Shown here: positions 18,069-27,517 of the stretch, one piece after another
How the letters are laid out: every line of letters starts with the position of its first letter
How positions within the stretch are numbered: position 1 is the first letter of the stretch
Source of the DNA: Patescibacteria group bacterium
GTDB lineage: Bacteria; Patescibacteriota; Minisyncoccia; UBA6257; JACRHW01
Length of the DNA stretch: 64,000 bases
Direction of reading: 5' to 3'
Assembly: GCA_028865725.1 (NCBI GenBank)
Contig: JAGWJP010000003.1
Location: 65,697 to 129,696, forward strand
Position numbers and translations under genes: made by a program
The notes under the pieces: model-generated
Databases searched by the model: none
What the model saw: only the letters and a program-made list of their open reading frames with translations
What the model was told of the DNA's origin: nothing

Positions 18069-18656
18069 TTAGTGTGCGGCATCAAATCGTTGCTCAACAA
18101 TCTCCCAGTTTACGGCATTCATAAATGCGTTAATATAGTCTGCCCGTTTGAGGCCGTAATCTGAAATATATGCATGCTCAAAGACATCGAGGACAAGGAG
18201 AGGTGTCGCGCCTGCAAGATGGCCCATATCATGTTCAGTAACCCATGTGTTGAAGAGATTTCCTGTTTTGCTGTCTTTATAAAGAATAGTCCATCCAATG
18301 CCGCGCAGTGCTCCCGTAGCGCGAAAGTTTTTTTCCCAGTGCTGAAGACTGCCGTATTGTTCTGTGAGTGCGCGCGCAAGTGGAGCATTTTCATTGCGAT
18401 TCGCTCTCTCCTTTACTATGTTTTCAAAGTAATATTCGTGCAGGCGCATTCCGTTGTATTCCCAACCAAATCTTCGTGTTAATTCCGCGTATTCCGGAGT
18501 TCCTGTTTTTTCTTCGTTGCGAAGCACAGAAAACATATCGATGAGTTTATTCGTATTTGTTACATATCCTTTGTAAAGTGCGAAGTGATTTGTAAGAAGG
18601 GCATCACTGAATCCCTCCGTGCCTAACAATGCATCAAATGATTTTGGTTCGTACAT
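18069..18656 (-). CDS. Fe/Mn superoxide dismutase family protein
   Basis: DVFEHAYI (Asp/His metal ligands), GIGWTIL, QHW motifs; the N-terminal HHxKHH motif is divergent (TNHFALYKGYV). Confidence 0.75.
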   Translation of the reverse strand: MYEPKSFDALLGTEGFSDALLTNHFALYKGYVTNTNKLIDMFSVLRNEEKTGTPEYAELTRRFGWEYNGMRLHEYYFENIVKERANRNENAPLARALTEQYGSLQHWEKNFRATGALRGIGWTILYKDSKTGNLFNTWVTEHDMGHLAGATPLLVLDVFEHAYISDYGLKRADYINAFMNAVNWEIVEQRFDAAH

Positions 18657-18706
18657 AGATGATGGTAATAATTTTCTTTTAGTATAATCTTTTTTTCAGT
18701 TTTTTC

Positions 18707-21232
18707 CTATTGAAGTGCTTCGTAGAGAAATTGTCCGTACATGATCTGGGATGGTGCGGTTTTCCCATGGGCTATGCTTTCAGAAAGTTCGATGAGATTG
18801 TGCGTGAGGGCACGATCAATCTTTTTTGTCGAATCTTCTTGTGTGCGCGCCCAGGCGAGTAGGGTATCGAATTCATGCTTACCGCGTTCCCTATCAAGGA
18901 TTTGTTCACGTTCCCATTTTTTTTCAAGGAGTTCTAAGGAGGCAGAAAGGAAAGGGAAAAGATCCGATGCGCCAATAAGATCGATTGGTATTCCGTGCAG
19001 TTCCGCGTTATGGGCGCTGCTTATGGACCGCGCGGCTCTTATATCGGCGTTTAAACTTTCATCATATTCATCTTTCCGTTTTTGAAGCGTTGCCACCGAC
19101 GCGCGTATGCGTTCCTGTTCTTTGCGGTTACGCTCTATGTCTGCGCGTAATGCGGGTATACCAAGTTTTTCTTCTTTTAGGAGCCGTTTTCCCCCCTTAA
19201 ACACTTTAAGTGATTCAGTAAGGATATTGATTTTTTGTTGCAGAGCTCTCAAGGCAGACTCTATGGCATTGATTCTTGTATGCGCGTCTTGTAATGTGTT
19301 TTGCTCTTCGGGAGTGAGCGGCTTGGATGCATGATGAGCGTTTCTCAGGAGCAATTTCCACTGTTGTACGCGAGGATCTGCTTGTATTTCATTCCACATT
19401 TTTTCAAGTATGTGAACAATGTCGCCGTTCGCGGGAGGTAGGTTTTTGGATATCAATTCAATCTTGAGCTGAAGGTCGAAGATATTCGCAGCCTGTGTTC
19501 CAGACGTACGCTGAAAATTTGGATCTTGTTCTAAGGATGCTATTAAGAACGGGCTTACATGACTATCAAAGTCTTCTTTTGATTGCCAGGTGCGGTCTAC
19601 GCGTATGGCCTCCCATTCTTGTTGTGCCTCTGCGGCGGCAGTGGTGTGCGTGCGGGCAAATTTTACGAGACGACGCATTACATCAGTCAAGGCGTAGGAA
19701 AAGATCGCCGATTGGTCATCTCCAAATTCGTGGCAGAGTTCATGAAGATAGGTTGCGATCACATCATCGATTTCTCCTGTGCTCAGGGAATCCTTACTAA
19801 TCCAGACAAAATCTTCATCATAACGCCCTGCAAGGTAGGGGTGTTTTCCCGTAAAAACATGAATTTCTTTTGCGCGCAGATCGGAAATACGGGCAAGCGC
19901 CCCCCTCGCTTCGTGCTCAAGCCCCAATAGCCGCATAGTATGGTATATCGTTTGTGTGTCGGTTTCTTGAAGTATTTGTTGCGCATAACGCTTGAGGCAG
20001 GCGATTCGTTCTTTAATTTCCGGAGAGGGGGCATGTTCATAAAGTTCAGTGATTTCTTCATGCATCGTTGATGCGCACATCATTCCTGCGCGGCTCATAA
20101 ACTCATGACAGGGGATAAACCCGAGTCCTTTGAGCGTTTCCAAAAAATCCTTTTCATCGAGTGCGATATAATTTCGGTCAAAGGAAACCACAAGGCCGAG
20201 CGAATTGCATCGGTCGACCACTGTGCGCAAAAATTCTTTTCCAAACCATTTTTTCCTATCAAAGGACATATTATTTTCGGGAACGGCATAGAATGGTTCT
20301 AGGATTTTAAGTGTGTTCATAAGATCTTCTGGTTCCATGGAATCCACAAGAAAAGGAAGGAAAATCTGGGTAACTTCATTTTCAGTGATAATATCTCTGT
20401 CTCGCGAAAGATTTATTGTTCCCCATTCCGTTTCCGGGGTCTCATGCGACCAACAGGTAAAATGAGGAAGTGTATTCCATGTGTCGCGCACGTCGTAATG
20501 GATGCGTTGGCCGTTTAAGTAAAAATTTCCAGGCGTACCCATGTGCAATGAAAACCCTCCTTGTTCATTGTCGAAGGCGGGGTTTTGAAAGTCAGGGTTG
20601 GTGTCATGATAAAAAAGATCACGCGCGTCAATAAATGTTTGTACCGTTCCCTGCTCGCTGCTTACGAGTTCTAATGTGTTTCCTTCTAGAGCCTCGTCTC
20701 GGGCGGTAAGTTTTACGTAGAGTCCTCGCAGGGATGTTTTTTCCGTAGAACCCACAGGGGGCGTATCGAGGTAAAAATCGAGTATCCAATCTTGTGAAGA
20801 AAAGCGTACTTTTGAAAACCCAAAATCGCGCAACATGTGAAGCGCCATGATTTTTGTGCCTTCATGGTGTCCCCCTCCCGATTTTTTCGGGTTTTCTTTA
20901 TATCCGCCTCCCAAATGAAGAAGACGGGTGTAGGGATATTCTGCGATTCCCCGAATGACCACTACGGATCTGTCTGGTTTTTCATCTGTTTCAAATTCTA
21001 GGCCGTCAAGCGTGAAGTTGTTCGCATCGAAAAAATTTTGCCACGCATCGCGCGCTACGCGTTCTCGTGTCCACGGTGTTTTAGACATATAATTTTCGAG
21101 AATGCCAAGGTAGTAGCCGTGTTCCAATTTGTGTTCGAATTCCTGATTTTCTCGACCGCGGAAATGCCGTGTTAATGACTCATTCATGAATTGCAATGGT
21201 ATTGATAAGTATGTCTTTAGTGTACACGGCAA
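18707..21232 (-). CDS. large hypothetical multidomain protein (841 aa): GHKL-ATPase-like N-terminal motifs, central HExxH, C-terminal coiled coil
   Basis: ARDAWQNFFDA (QNxxDA N-box-like), GGGHHEGTKIMAL (Gly-rich G2/G3-like), LHELCHEFGDD (HExxH). Residues ~620-800 are heptad-rich and charged. No confident family assignment. Confidence 0.6.
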   Translation of the reverse strand: MPCTLKTYLSIPLQFMNESLTRHFRGRENQEFEHKLEHGYYLGILENYMSKTPWTRERVARDAWQNFFDANNFTLDGLEFETDEKPDRSVVVIRGIAEYPYTRLLHLGGGYKENPKKSGGGHHEGTKIMALHMLRDFGFSKVRFSSQDWILDFYLDTPPVGSTEKTSLRGLYVKLTARDEALEGNTLELVSSEQGTVQTFIDARDLFYHDTNPDFQNPAFDNEQGGFSLHMGTPGNFYLNGQRIHYDVRDTWNTLPHFTCWSHETPETEWGTINLSRDRDIITENEVTQIFLPFLVDSMEPEDLMNTLKILEPFYAVPENNMSFDRKKWFGKEFLRTVVDRCNSLGLVVSFDRNYIALDEKDFLETLKGLGFIPCHEFMSRAGMMCASTMHEEITELYEHAPSPEIKERIACLKRYAQQILQETDTQTIYHTMRLLGLEHEARGALARISDLRAKEIHVFTGKHPYLAGRYDEDFVWISKDSLSTGEIDDVIATYLHELCHEFGDDQSAIFSYALTDVMRRLVKFARTHTTAAAEAQQEWEAIRVDRTWQSKEDFDSHVSPFLIASLEQDPNFQRTSGTQAANIFDLQLKIELISKNLPPANGDIVHILEKMWNEIQADPRVQQWKLLLRNAHHASKPLTPEEQNTLQDAHTRINAIESALRALQQKINILTESLKVFKGGKRLLKEEKLGIPALRADIERNRKEQERIRASVATLQKRKDEYDESLNADIRAARSISSAHNAELHGIPIDLIGASDLFPFLSASLELLEKKWEREQILDRERGKHEFDTLLAWARTQEDSTKKIDRALTHNLIELSESIAHGKTAPSQIMYGQFLYEALQ

Positions 21233-21258
21233 AGAGAAAAAAACAATGAGATGATATA

Positions 21259-21282
21259 GAAAAACCCCGTTTCGGGGTCTGT
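21259..21282 (-). terminator. rho-independent terminator (minus strand)
   Basis: Minus strand GACCCCG-AAA-CGGGGT-TTTTTCT downstream of the 111-aa ORF. Confidence 0.65.
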
Positions 21283-21288
21283 ATTACC

Positions 21289-21624
21289 TCACTTCTTTTT
21301 GATTTTTTGCGCCACGATGAGCATATCGAGCTCATGGGCTATCATCGCCCGGGTATTTTTTTTGGAACAGTCCCTGCCATAAATAATACTTTCTCCATGG
21401 CGGGGACACTGGAAGGCAAGGATGTTTTCCTTTCCCTCACGCGAAAGCGTGAGCGTCACCCAGCACCCAAGCCCCGGAATTCTAAAAGGGACCGTCACGA
21501 ATTTTTTTTCTTTCCGATCGGGGGACGATACAGAGAAACCAATTTTTTCACTCGCAATGGCATCTAGTATTCGGGAAATCTTTCCTTCCTCACTTCCTCT
21601 CATACATCTTGCAATCCTTCCCAT
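21289..21624 (-). CDS. hypothetical protein (111 aa)
   Basis: ORF with its own terminator; Cys/His content (C7, C54, C73, H76, C86) may hint at metal binding. Confidence 0.45.
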   Translation of the reverse strand: MGRIARCMRGSEEGKISRILDAIASEKIGFSVSSPDRKEKKFVTVPFRIPGLGCWVTLTLSREGKENILAFQCPRHGESIIYGRDCSKKNTRAMIAHELDMLIVAQKIKKK

Positions 21625-21778
21625 CTTGCCTCCTTCGTTACTCCCTTAGATATCTTGCGTCACCATTTTCTGGGGACGAGTTCCAAGATATCTGAGAGAG
21701 TAGTATCAAGCTTGATTAGCATAACCTATAGTATAGTTTATGTCAATCCCTTTGTTTTGGTAACTATCCCTTGACAAC

Positions 21779-22096
21779 ATGTACACAAAAAATATAATAA
21801 ATAGGACATCCAGTTTAATAAAATCGTTTTTGTGTAGAAAAAAACGAATTATGGAAAATCCTCTTAAAATTCAAGCACAACTCAATGAGTTGAATAGGCA
21901 ATCTACCCCCGATGGACAACCCGTTGTAAATGAATGGATTGCATTTCAGGGTTATTCAGCACTTACTTACGCCCAGCTAGAAGCGTCTTCTCCTCTTCCG
22001 CGTTTCAACCCCACAATGGGAATAGTAGTAAAAACTTTTTTGAATACCCGTACGGGAGAAATAAAGACTTTTAATGCTTACATGTTTGAAAACTAA
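21779..22096 (+). CDS. hypothetical protein (passenger ORF inside IS; alternative start at 21851, MENPLK)
   Basis: ORF within IS boundaries, opposite strand to the transposase. Confidence 0.4.
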   Translation: MYTKNIINRTSSLIKSFLCRKKRIMENPLKIQAQLNELNRQSTPDGQPVVNEWIAFQGYSALTYAQLEASSPLPRFNPTMGIVVKTFLNTRTGEIKTFNAYMFEN

Positions 22097-22097
22097 C

Positions 22098-22379
22098 ATG
22101 GTAAACAAAGAATCCAAAGCTCAAGAGAAGGCGCAACTGGATGTTACCCCAGAATGGGGACAGGCGGAGGGGCAGAAACTTCCGTTATCGGATTTCAGCA
22201 CATTTCAGAACTTTGTTTATGCGACTCTCTTTGTTATCGGAATTGCCTTGATTACACTTATTATTCAGTATTTCACAGCAACGCAGGCAACATTTGAAGA
22301 TTTAAAAGATAAGGTTGTTCAACAAAGTGCTAAAATAGACGCACTGACCGATGAAATCCATCGACAAAAAGGTTTTTAA
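22098..22379 (+). CDS. hypothetical single-pass membrane protein (passenger ORF inside IS)
   Basis: TM helix FVYATLFVIGIALITLIIQYF; C-terminal coiled-coil-like segment. Confidence 0.4.
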   Translation: MVNKESKAQEKAQLDVTPEWGQAEGQKLPLSDFSTFQNFVYATLFVIGIALITLIIQYFTATQATFEDLKDKVVQQSAKIDALTDEIHRQKGF

Positions 22380-22828
22380 ACAATTTGTCCTGTGAATAAC
22401 TTTTCTGGTAAAATGAAGATAACAAAAAACCACTCTACTTCGTATACCATCGCAGACAGTTTAGTATTCCTGACTGTTTGCAGGTCTAGCTCCATCAAGG
22501 AGCAAACACATTCTCTGGACTCACTTCTAAGGGGGAGACCAAGAAAGTCGATGATATACGAAAGAGAGTGGTTTTATTTTATAAAACAAAACTCCAAAGG
22601 CGGACGCTTTGTAGGTTTCAACGACTTACGCCATTGAAAGCCCTACAAAAAGTTTGGAAGCTTCGTAGGGTTTCCCCTAACAAAGCACCCACCTTTGGAG
22701 TAATACCTAGGGTTGAGATGTCCGCCGTCTCTGCTTCCAAAGAGACAATAAGTTTTCAATATTTCCTTTATTATACACCCGCTTTATTATAAAAGCAAAT
22801 ATGGACTTCCACACCCTCCTCAATAAAG

Positions 22829-23632
22829 CTATATCCTCCCCATCAACCCCTCGAAAATCTCGAAAGAAGGCTTTGCGTAGCGGAAAGAAAACTCGTTCAC
22901 GTAAGATTGCAAATACTTCCGAGAAACCGAGTGATATGTCCCCGAAAGAGAACGCTTGAGCTGGCTCCAAAACCCTTCAATGGTATTGGTATGCGTAGCT
23001 CCTCGTGCATACTCTTTTTTCCAGTGATTGACGGATGAGTGCGTAAACCCTAGTTTTGTTGTTTTCTTGTACACCCCGAACTTATCAGACACGATAGCAG
23101 ACCCAGTAGCAATGTTCTTTTTAATCTCTTTCAAGATAAGGTGCGTTTCACGGGCAGATAAGGTTTTTGTCTTTACCGCACCGCCACGAGATACCATACC
23201 GAATACAGGCGTTTTGTCCTTACCACCCTTTCCTCCTTTCCGATAGCCACCGATGTATGTTTCATCCACTTCCACGATACCAGAGAGCTTGTCGCCATCT
23301 TGTGCCATCAACGCACGCACTTGATGGGCAATCCTCCACGCTGTCTTGTAGGTAACTCCAAGCTGACGCTGTAGTTCTTTGGCAGATACTCCATTCTTAG
23401 AGGATGCAAAGAGAAAGATAGCATAAAACCATAGCGTAAGAGGCGTAGAGGACTTTTCAAAGATTGTTCCTACCAAAGGATGAAGCTGTTGCCCTTGAGG
23501 ATTGGCATAGCACTTACGCCCTTTTACGAAATAGTACTGTTTAGCGTTCGGGTACTTCTTAGCAAAGATATAGTCTAAACACGCCTTTTCATCAGGAAAC
23601 TCTTTTTTGAAATTATTGATTGTGTAGTTCAT
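22829..23632 (-). CDS. IS1595-family DDE transposase (ISXO2-like)
   Basis: VEVDETYIGG, IVSDKFGVY, HTNTIEGFWSQLKRSLSGTYHSVSRKYLQSYVNEFSFRY (DDE_Tnp_IS1595 signature). Confidence 0.9.
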   Translation of the reverse strand: MNYTINNFKKEFPDEKACLDYIFAKKYPNAKQYYFVKGRKCYANPQGQQLHPLVGTIFEKSSTPLTLWFYAIFLFASSKNGVSAKELQRQLGVTYKTAWRIAHQVRALMAQDGDKLSGIVEVDETYIGGYRKGGKGGKDKTPVFGMVSRGGAVKTKTLSARETHLILKEIKKNIATGSAIVSDKFGVYKKTTKLGFTHSSVNHWKKEYARGATHTNTIEGFWSQLKRSLSGTYHSVSRKYLQSYVNEFSFRYAKPSFEIFEGLMGRI

Positions 23633-23664
23633 ATGCTTAAGTCTAGCAAATGCACTACTTGGTG

Positions 23665-24147
23665 TCAAGGGATAGTTACCTTTGTTTTTTTGTGCATGGG
23701 GTAGGCGAGTGCGCCACAAAGTGCGATTGCGAGCGCATCACTTTCGTCATCGTATTTCGGTTTTTTTGCGAGCGCGAGTACTTTGAGCGTCATGGTTTCG
23801 AGCTGTTTTTTGTCAGCACGCCCATACCCTGTGATGTATTGTTTTACTTCAAGGGGAGTGAATTCGAGAATGGGAATATTTTGTTTTTGAATGAGAAACT
23901 TTATGACGCCACGCATTTCCGTGACTTCAAGCGCAGTTTTCTGGTTTTTTGCAAAGAATATCTTTTCGATGGCAGCAGCCTCTGGTTTATGGGTGGCAAT
24001 AAGCGAGGTAAATTCTTTTTCAAAACGGTGAGAATCCTGTGGGTATTCAAAAAGTCCTGACGCTGACGCACGAAATGCGGACCCTTCTTTATGGACAATT
24101 CCAAATCCTATGCGCGTGGTGCCAGGATCGATACCGAGAATAGTCAT
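23665..24147 (-). CDS. ruvC: crossover junction endodeoxyribonuclease RuvC
   Basis: MTILGIDPGTTRIGFGIV N-terminus, catalytic acidic residues. The last ~9 codons and the stop are supplied by the TSD/IR of the IS. Confidence 0.9.
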   Translation of the reverse strand: MTILGIDPGTTRIGFGIVHKEGSAFRASASGLFEYPQDSHRFEKEFTSLIATHKPEAAAIEKIFFAKNQKTALEVTEMRGVIKFLIQKQNIPILEFTPLEVKQYITGYGRADKKQLETMTLKVLALAKKPKYDDESDALAIALCGALAYPMHKKTKVTIP

Positions 24148-24241
24148 ATAAATTATATATTTAACATATCGTATTGTGTGGTATCTCTCCTACCACCTAT
24201 CTCATAAGATGGTTGGAGGATACGTGTGGAATATTCATGTA

Positions 24242-24958
24242 TCAAAATTCAGCATTAGTATAGACTTCATCTACCTCATTTTGTTCATCGAGCGCATCAA
24301 GAAGCGTGAGGATTTCTTCCTTCTGCGATTCATTAAGTGCAATAGGTTCTTTTGGAATGAGCACGATCTCTGCGCGTGTGCAAGGTAGGTGCAATGCTTC
24401 AAGTTTTTCCGTTAATACATTAAAAGAAGAAGGGGAGGAGGAGATGAGAATTTCGGAATTGTGATATTGAATATCCTCTGCGCCCAGTTCAATAAATTCA
24501 AGCTCTTGTTGTTCTGAAAGCGAGGGAAGGGCCAACTCTAGTTCTGCTTTTTCTTCAAACATCCAGGTGACTGCACCCATTTGTGCCATTTTTCCATTAT
24601 GTTGAGAGAGAATATGCTTTATTTCTGCAAGCGTTCTGTTTTTATTGTCGCTGATAGCATCGATAACAAAGGCGACGCTATGGGGGCCGTAGGCCTCATA
24701 GCGAAGTCGTTCGAGTGCTGCGCCTGCTCCGAGCCCCTTTCCTCGTTCGATCGCGCGTTTAATGTTGTCTTGCGGCATATTGATGGCGCGTGCTTTTTCG
24801 ATCGCCAGTTTCAATTTTGGGTTGAGTTCTGGATCTTCTCCCTTTTCGCGTACCGCAACCGTGATGAGTGAAGACGCTTTGGTAAATACCTTACTTTTTT
24901 TTGCATCAGTAATCGCTTTTTTGTGTTTGATTTGAGCCCATTTTGAGTGTCCAGACAT
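24242..24958 (-). CDS. yebC: YebC/PmpR-family DNA-binding transcriptional regulator
   Basis: MSGHSKWAQIKHKKA...NMPQDNIKRAIERGKG signature; classic neighbour of ruvC. Confidence 0.92.
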   Translation of the reverse strand: MSGHSKWAQIKHKKAITDAKKSKVFTKASSLITVAVREKGEDPELNPKLKLAIEKARAINMPQDNIKRAIERGKGLGAGAALERLRYEAYGPHSVAFVIDAISDNKNRTLAEIKHILSQHNGKMAQMGAVTWMFEEKAELELALPSLSEQQELEFIELGAEDIQYHNSEILISSSPSSFNVLTEKLEALHLPCTRAEIVLIPKEPIALNESQKEEILTLLDALDEQNEVDEVYTNAEF

Positions 24959-24971
24959 GGATCGAATAGGT

Positions 24972-26219
24972 CTAAATAAACTTTTTTATGAAGAGGACTG
25001 ACATGATTGCAAAAAATAACCCAAAGAACAGAGAAGGGACGAGTGGTGAGGTTGTGTGGTTGGAGGATTTATTCTGTGTTAAGGGAAGAGAATTTTGGGA
25101 TGCGGGAACTTCCATCGCGCTTATGTCGGCAAGTGTCGTACTATTCGTTTGTGTGGAATGTATCTGTTTCGGTACCGGTATCGTAAATATGTTAGGAAAT
25201 CCAGGCGTAGGAGTAGTGGTCCACATCCAATCATTATCGCCCCGCCGTGCAAAGCTTTGACCTTTCGGCGCATTGCCTTCAAATGATATCTTTGAAACGA
25301 GAGATCCTGTTTCGTTGAAAAGAGATAGTGCGTCACCTGTATTATTGATGTGGATTTTTGATTCGTGATATGGCGTGATCATATATGCTTCAGGAGCCAT
25401 GACGGTAGTGCTAAATGTGTGTGTATGGTGTGCGCTGTCTTCAAGGTACCATCCCGCAAGTGTGGTCGAGACGGTATTAGTATTGTGGAGTTCAATCCAT
25501 TCGTCGCCTTGCGCGTCAGGGTTTGGAAGAAATTCTGTAATCAACACTCCAAATTGCGGTGATGATGAAGCAGGTCTTTCCTCTTCTGTACTCGAAGAGT
25601 GTGGAACTGGTGTCGCGATGCGTGCAGAGGCTATGTCTCCAGTATCAAGAGTGGGAGAGGAAGATGGTTCTGTCTGTGGAGAAATAGGGAATAGCGCTTC
25701 GTTTTCCTGTCCAGGCGATCCACCGTCTTTTTCTGATTCTTTGAATTGTTCCGACGATGCATTTACTCGTTCTAACGATTTTCCACCCCCATTCCCTCCC
25801 CATGAGGAATGGTAGTTGACCGTGTTGCTCATTGTGTTGTCAGTGTTGTGAATACTGATCGTATCCTCACTGTTTTTAAGATTCATGATCGTATCGAGAA
25901 TGTGGCCGGTAAATCCTTGGTGTTCGCTCAGAAATGTGGCGATGTCACTCGCGATCACGACAAGCCCCTGAGGATCTACTGTAAAGTATTCAGGATGTTC
26001 GTCATTTACAAGTTTGTGATTTGGGCTTGAACTATCTCCAAAGCGCCAATCGTGCAGATCAATGCGATAGGAAGAGATATTTTTAATTTCAATCCATTCC
26101 CGTTTTGCGTCGGCGCCGCTCACGTTGTACATTATCTCATTGATAATAACGGGGCCACTTGCGTAGGTATGAATGGGAATAAGCCAGGCAATAATAAACA
26201 AAAATATTTGAAGCAACAT
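24972..26219 (-). CDS. secreted/membrane-anchored protein with two lamin-tail (LTD) domains
   Basis: VIINEIMYNVSGADAKREWIEIKN and VLITEFLPNPDAQGDEWIELHN (LTD signatures); N-terminal signal/TM; C-terminal hydrophobic anchor. Confidence 0.75.
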   Translation of the reverse strand: MLLQIFLFIIAWLIPIHTYASGPVIINEIMYNVSGADAKREWIEIKNISSYRIDLHDWRFGDSSSPNHKLVNDEHPEYFTVDPQGLVVIASDIATFLSEHQGFTGHILDTIMNLKNSEDTISIHNTDNTMSNTVNYHSSWGGNGGGKSLERVNASSEQFKESEKDGGSPGQENEALFPISPQTEPSSSPTLDTGDIASARIATPVPHSSSTEEERPASSSPQFGVLITEFLPNPDAQGDEWIELHNTNTVSTTLAGWYLEDSAHHTHTFSTTVMAPEAYMITPYHESKIHINNTGDALSLFNETGSLVSKISFEGNAPKGQSFARRGDNDWMWTTTPTPGFPNIFTIPVPKQIHSTQTNSTTLADISAMEVPASQNSLPLTQNKSSNHTTSPLVPSLFFGLFFAIMSVLFIKKFI

Positions 26220-26289
26220 GAAAAATAGCGTAAATATATACACATCATGTGTGTATACGGTATACCAGATATCGCATGAACAACACAAG

Positions 26290-27306
26290 CTAACCTAAGA
26301 AAGGATGCAAGTCATGGAACTCATTTTTGAGATATTGATAGGCGTGAAGTGTTGCGATTCTCCCTTTTCCTGTGCGTTCAAGAAGACCGAGGCGGATAAG
26401 ATAAGGTTCATAGACTTCTTCGATCGTGTCTATTTCCTCGTTGGTAGAAGCCGCAAGGGCTTTCAATCCCACAGGACCTCCTTTAAATTTGGTAACGAGT
26501 GTTTCTAATATTTTTCTTTCTTGAGGTTCAATGCCATATTGATCTACTTCCAACATCGCGAGCGTACTGTTCGCTACCTCCTTCGTGATTACCGGTTTTT
26601 CTTGTACTTCGGCGAGATCGCGTGTTCGTTTCAATAATCTGTTTGCCACGCGAGGCGTGGCGCGCGATGCGTGTGCAAGTAGGGCAAGTGCTTCTGCATC
26701 TACCCTTACGCGTAGAAGATCCGCAGAACGAGAAAGAATCTTTTTAATATGATCTTCAGTATAGAAATCAAGTTTGAAGATAGCTCCAAATCTGCTACGA
26801 AGAGGATTTGAGAGAAGTGCCACGCGAGTAGTTGCCGCTACTAGCGTGAAGGGCGGGAGATCTAGTTCAAAGTTTCTTGCCGCAGGTCCCTTGCCAATGA
26901 TAAGATGAAGCTTGCGCGATTCCATGGCAGGATAGAGCACTTCTTCGATTGATCGGTTGATGCGATGCGCCTCATCAATAAAAAGTACATCACCGTGTTC
27001 AAGGTTGGAGAGGATAGAAGCAAGATCCCCCGCTTTTTCTATAGCGGGTCCAGATGTGATACGAAGATTCGCTCTCATCTCTTTTGCGATGAGAGACGCA
27101 AGTGTTGTTTTTCCCAGACCCGCAGGGCCGTAAAGAAGGACGTGGTCGACGGTTTCTTTGCGTTTTTTAGCCGCCTCAATCAATATATGCAGCCCTTGTT
27201 TGGTTTTATCCTGGCCAATGTACTCTTGCCAATTCGATGGTCTTAGTGTTAAATCAATACTTACCTCTTCGCGGTTATCCGAAGATGTTGTTGACATAAT
27301 ATTCAA
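26290..27306 (-). CDS. ruvB: Holliday junction branch migration ATPase RuvB
   Basis: AAA+ Walker A LLYGPAGLGKTTLA, sensor motifs, C-terminal wHTH. Confidence 0.94.
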   Translation of the reverse strand: MNIMSTTSSDNREEVSIDLTLRPSNWQEYIGQDKTKQGLHILIEAAKKRKETVDHVLLYGPAGLGKTTLASLIAKEMRANLRITSGPAIEKAGDLASILSNLEHGDVLFIDEAHRINRSIEEVLYPAMESRKLHLIIGKGPAARNFELDLPPFTLVAATTRVALLSNPLRSRFGAIFKLDFYTEDHIKKILSRSADLLRVRVDAEALALLAHASRATPRVANRLLKRTRDLAEVQEKPVITKEVANSTLAMLEVDQYGIEPQERKILETLVTKFKGGPVGLKALAASTNEEIDTIEEVYEPYLIRLGLLERTGKGRIATLHAYQYLKNEFHDLHPFLG

Positions 27307-27338
27307 AATGTGCTAAGATAGACATAAATCACGATAAA

Positions 27339-27517
27339 GGTGTAGGCAGTTGGGCCTTTTTAATACATTACGGCTTTACGGGACGAGTACCCGAAGGCTC
27401 GCTTGGTTTTGGCTGGGTGTGACCTCGAGCTTGTCTTTTATCTCAACCCCTAGTGTTGAGAATAACTGCCTACGCCTTTGTGGTGATTCTTTTCGCCCCC
27501 TTTTTGGGGTGTTTTTT
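27339..27517. ncRNA. structured intergenic element (13-bp closing stem enclosing ~110 nt) followed by plus-strand intrinsic terminator; sRNA or ruvB leader
   Basis: GGTGTAGGCAGTT (27339-27351) pairs with AACTGCCTACGCC (27464-27476); inner hairpin CTCAAC-CCCTAGT-GTTGAG. Terminator CGCCCCC-TTTTT-GGGGTG-TTTTTT (27494-27517). Confidence 0.4.

Larger units (their letters stand above)
21759..23680. mobile_element. IS1595-family insertion element (1.9 kb) with 18-bp terminal inverted repeats, 8-bp target duplication and two passenger ORFs
   Basis: IR-L GGTAACTATCCCTTGACA (21759-21776) equals the reverse complement of IR-R TGTCAAGGGATAGTTACC (23663-23680). Flanking direct repeat TTTGTTTT (21751-21758 and 23681-23688). 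Encodes an IS1595 DDE transposase. Confidence 0.8.
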
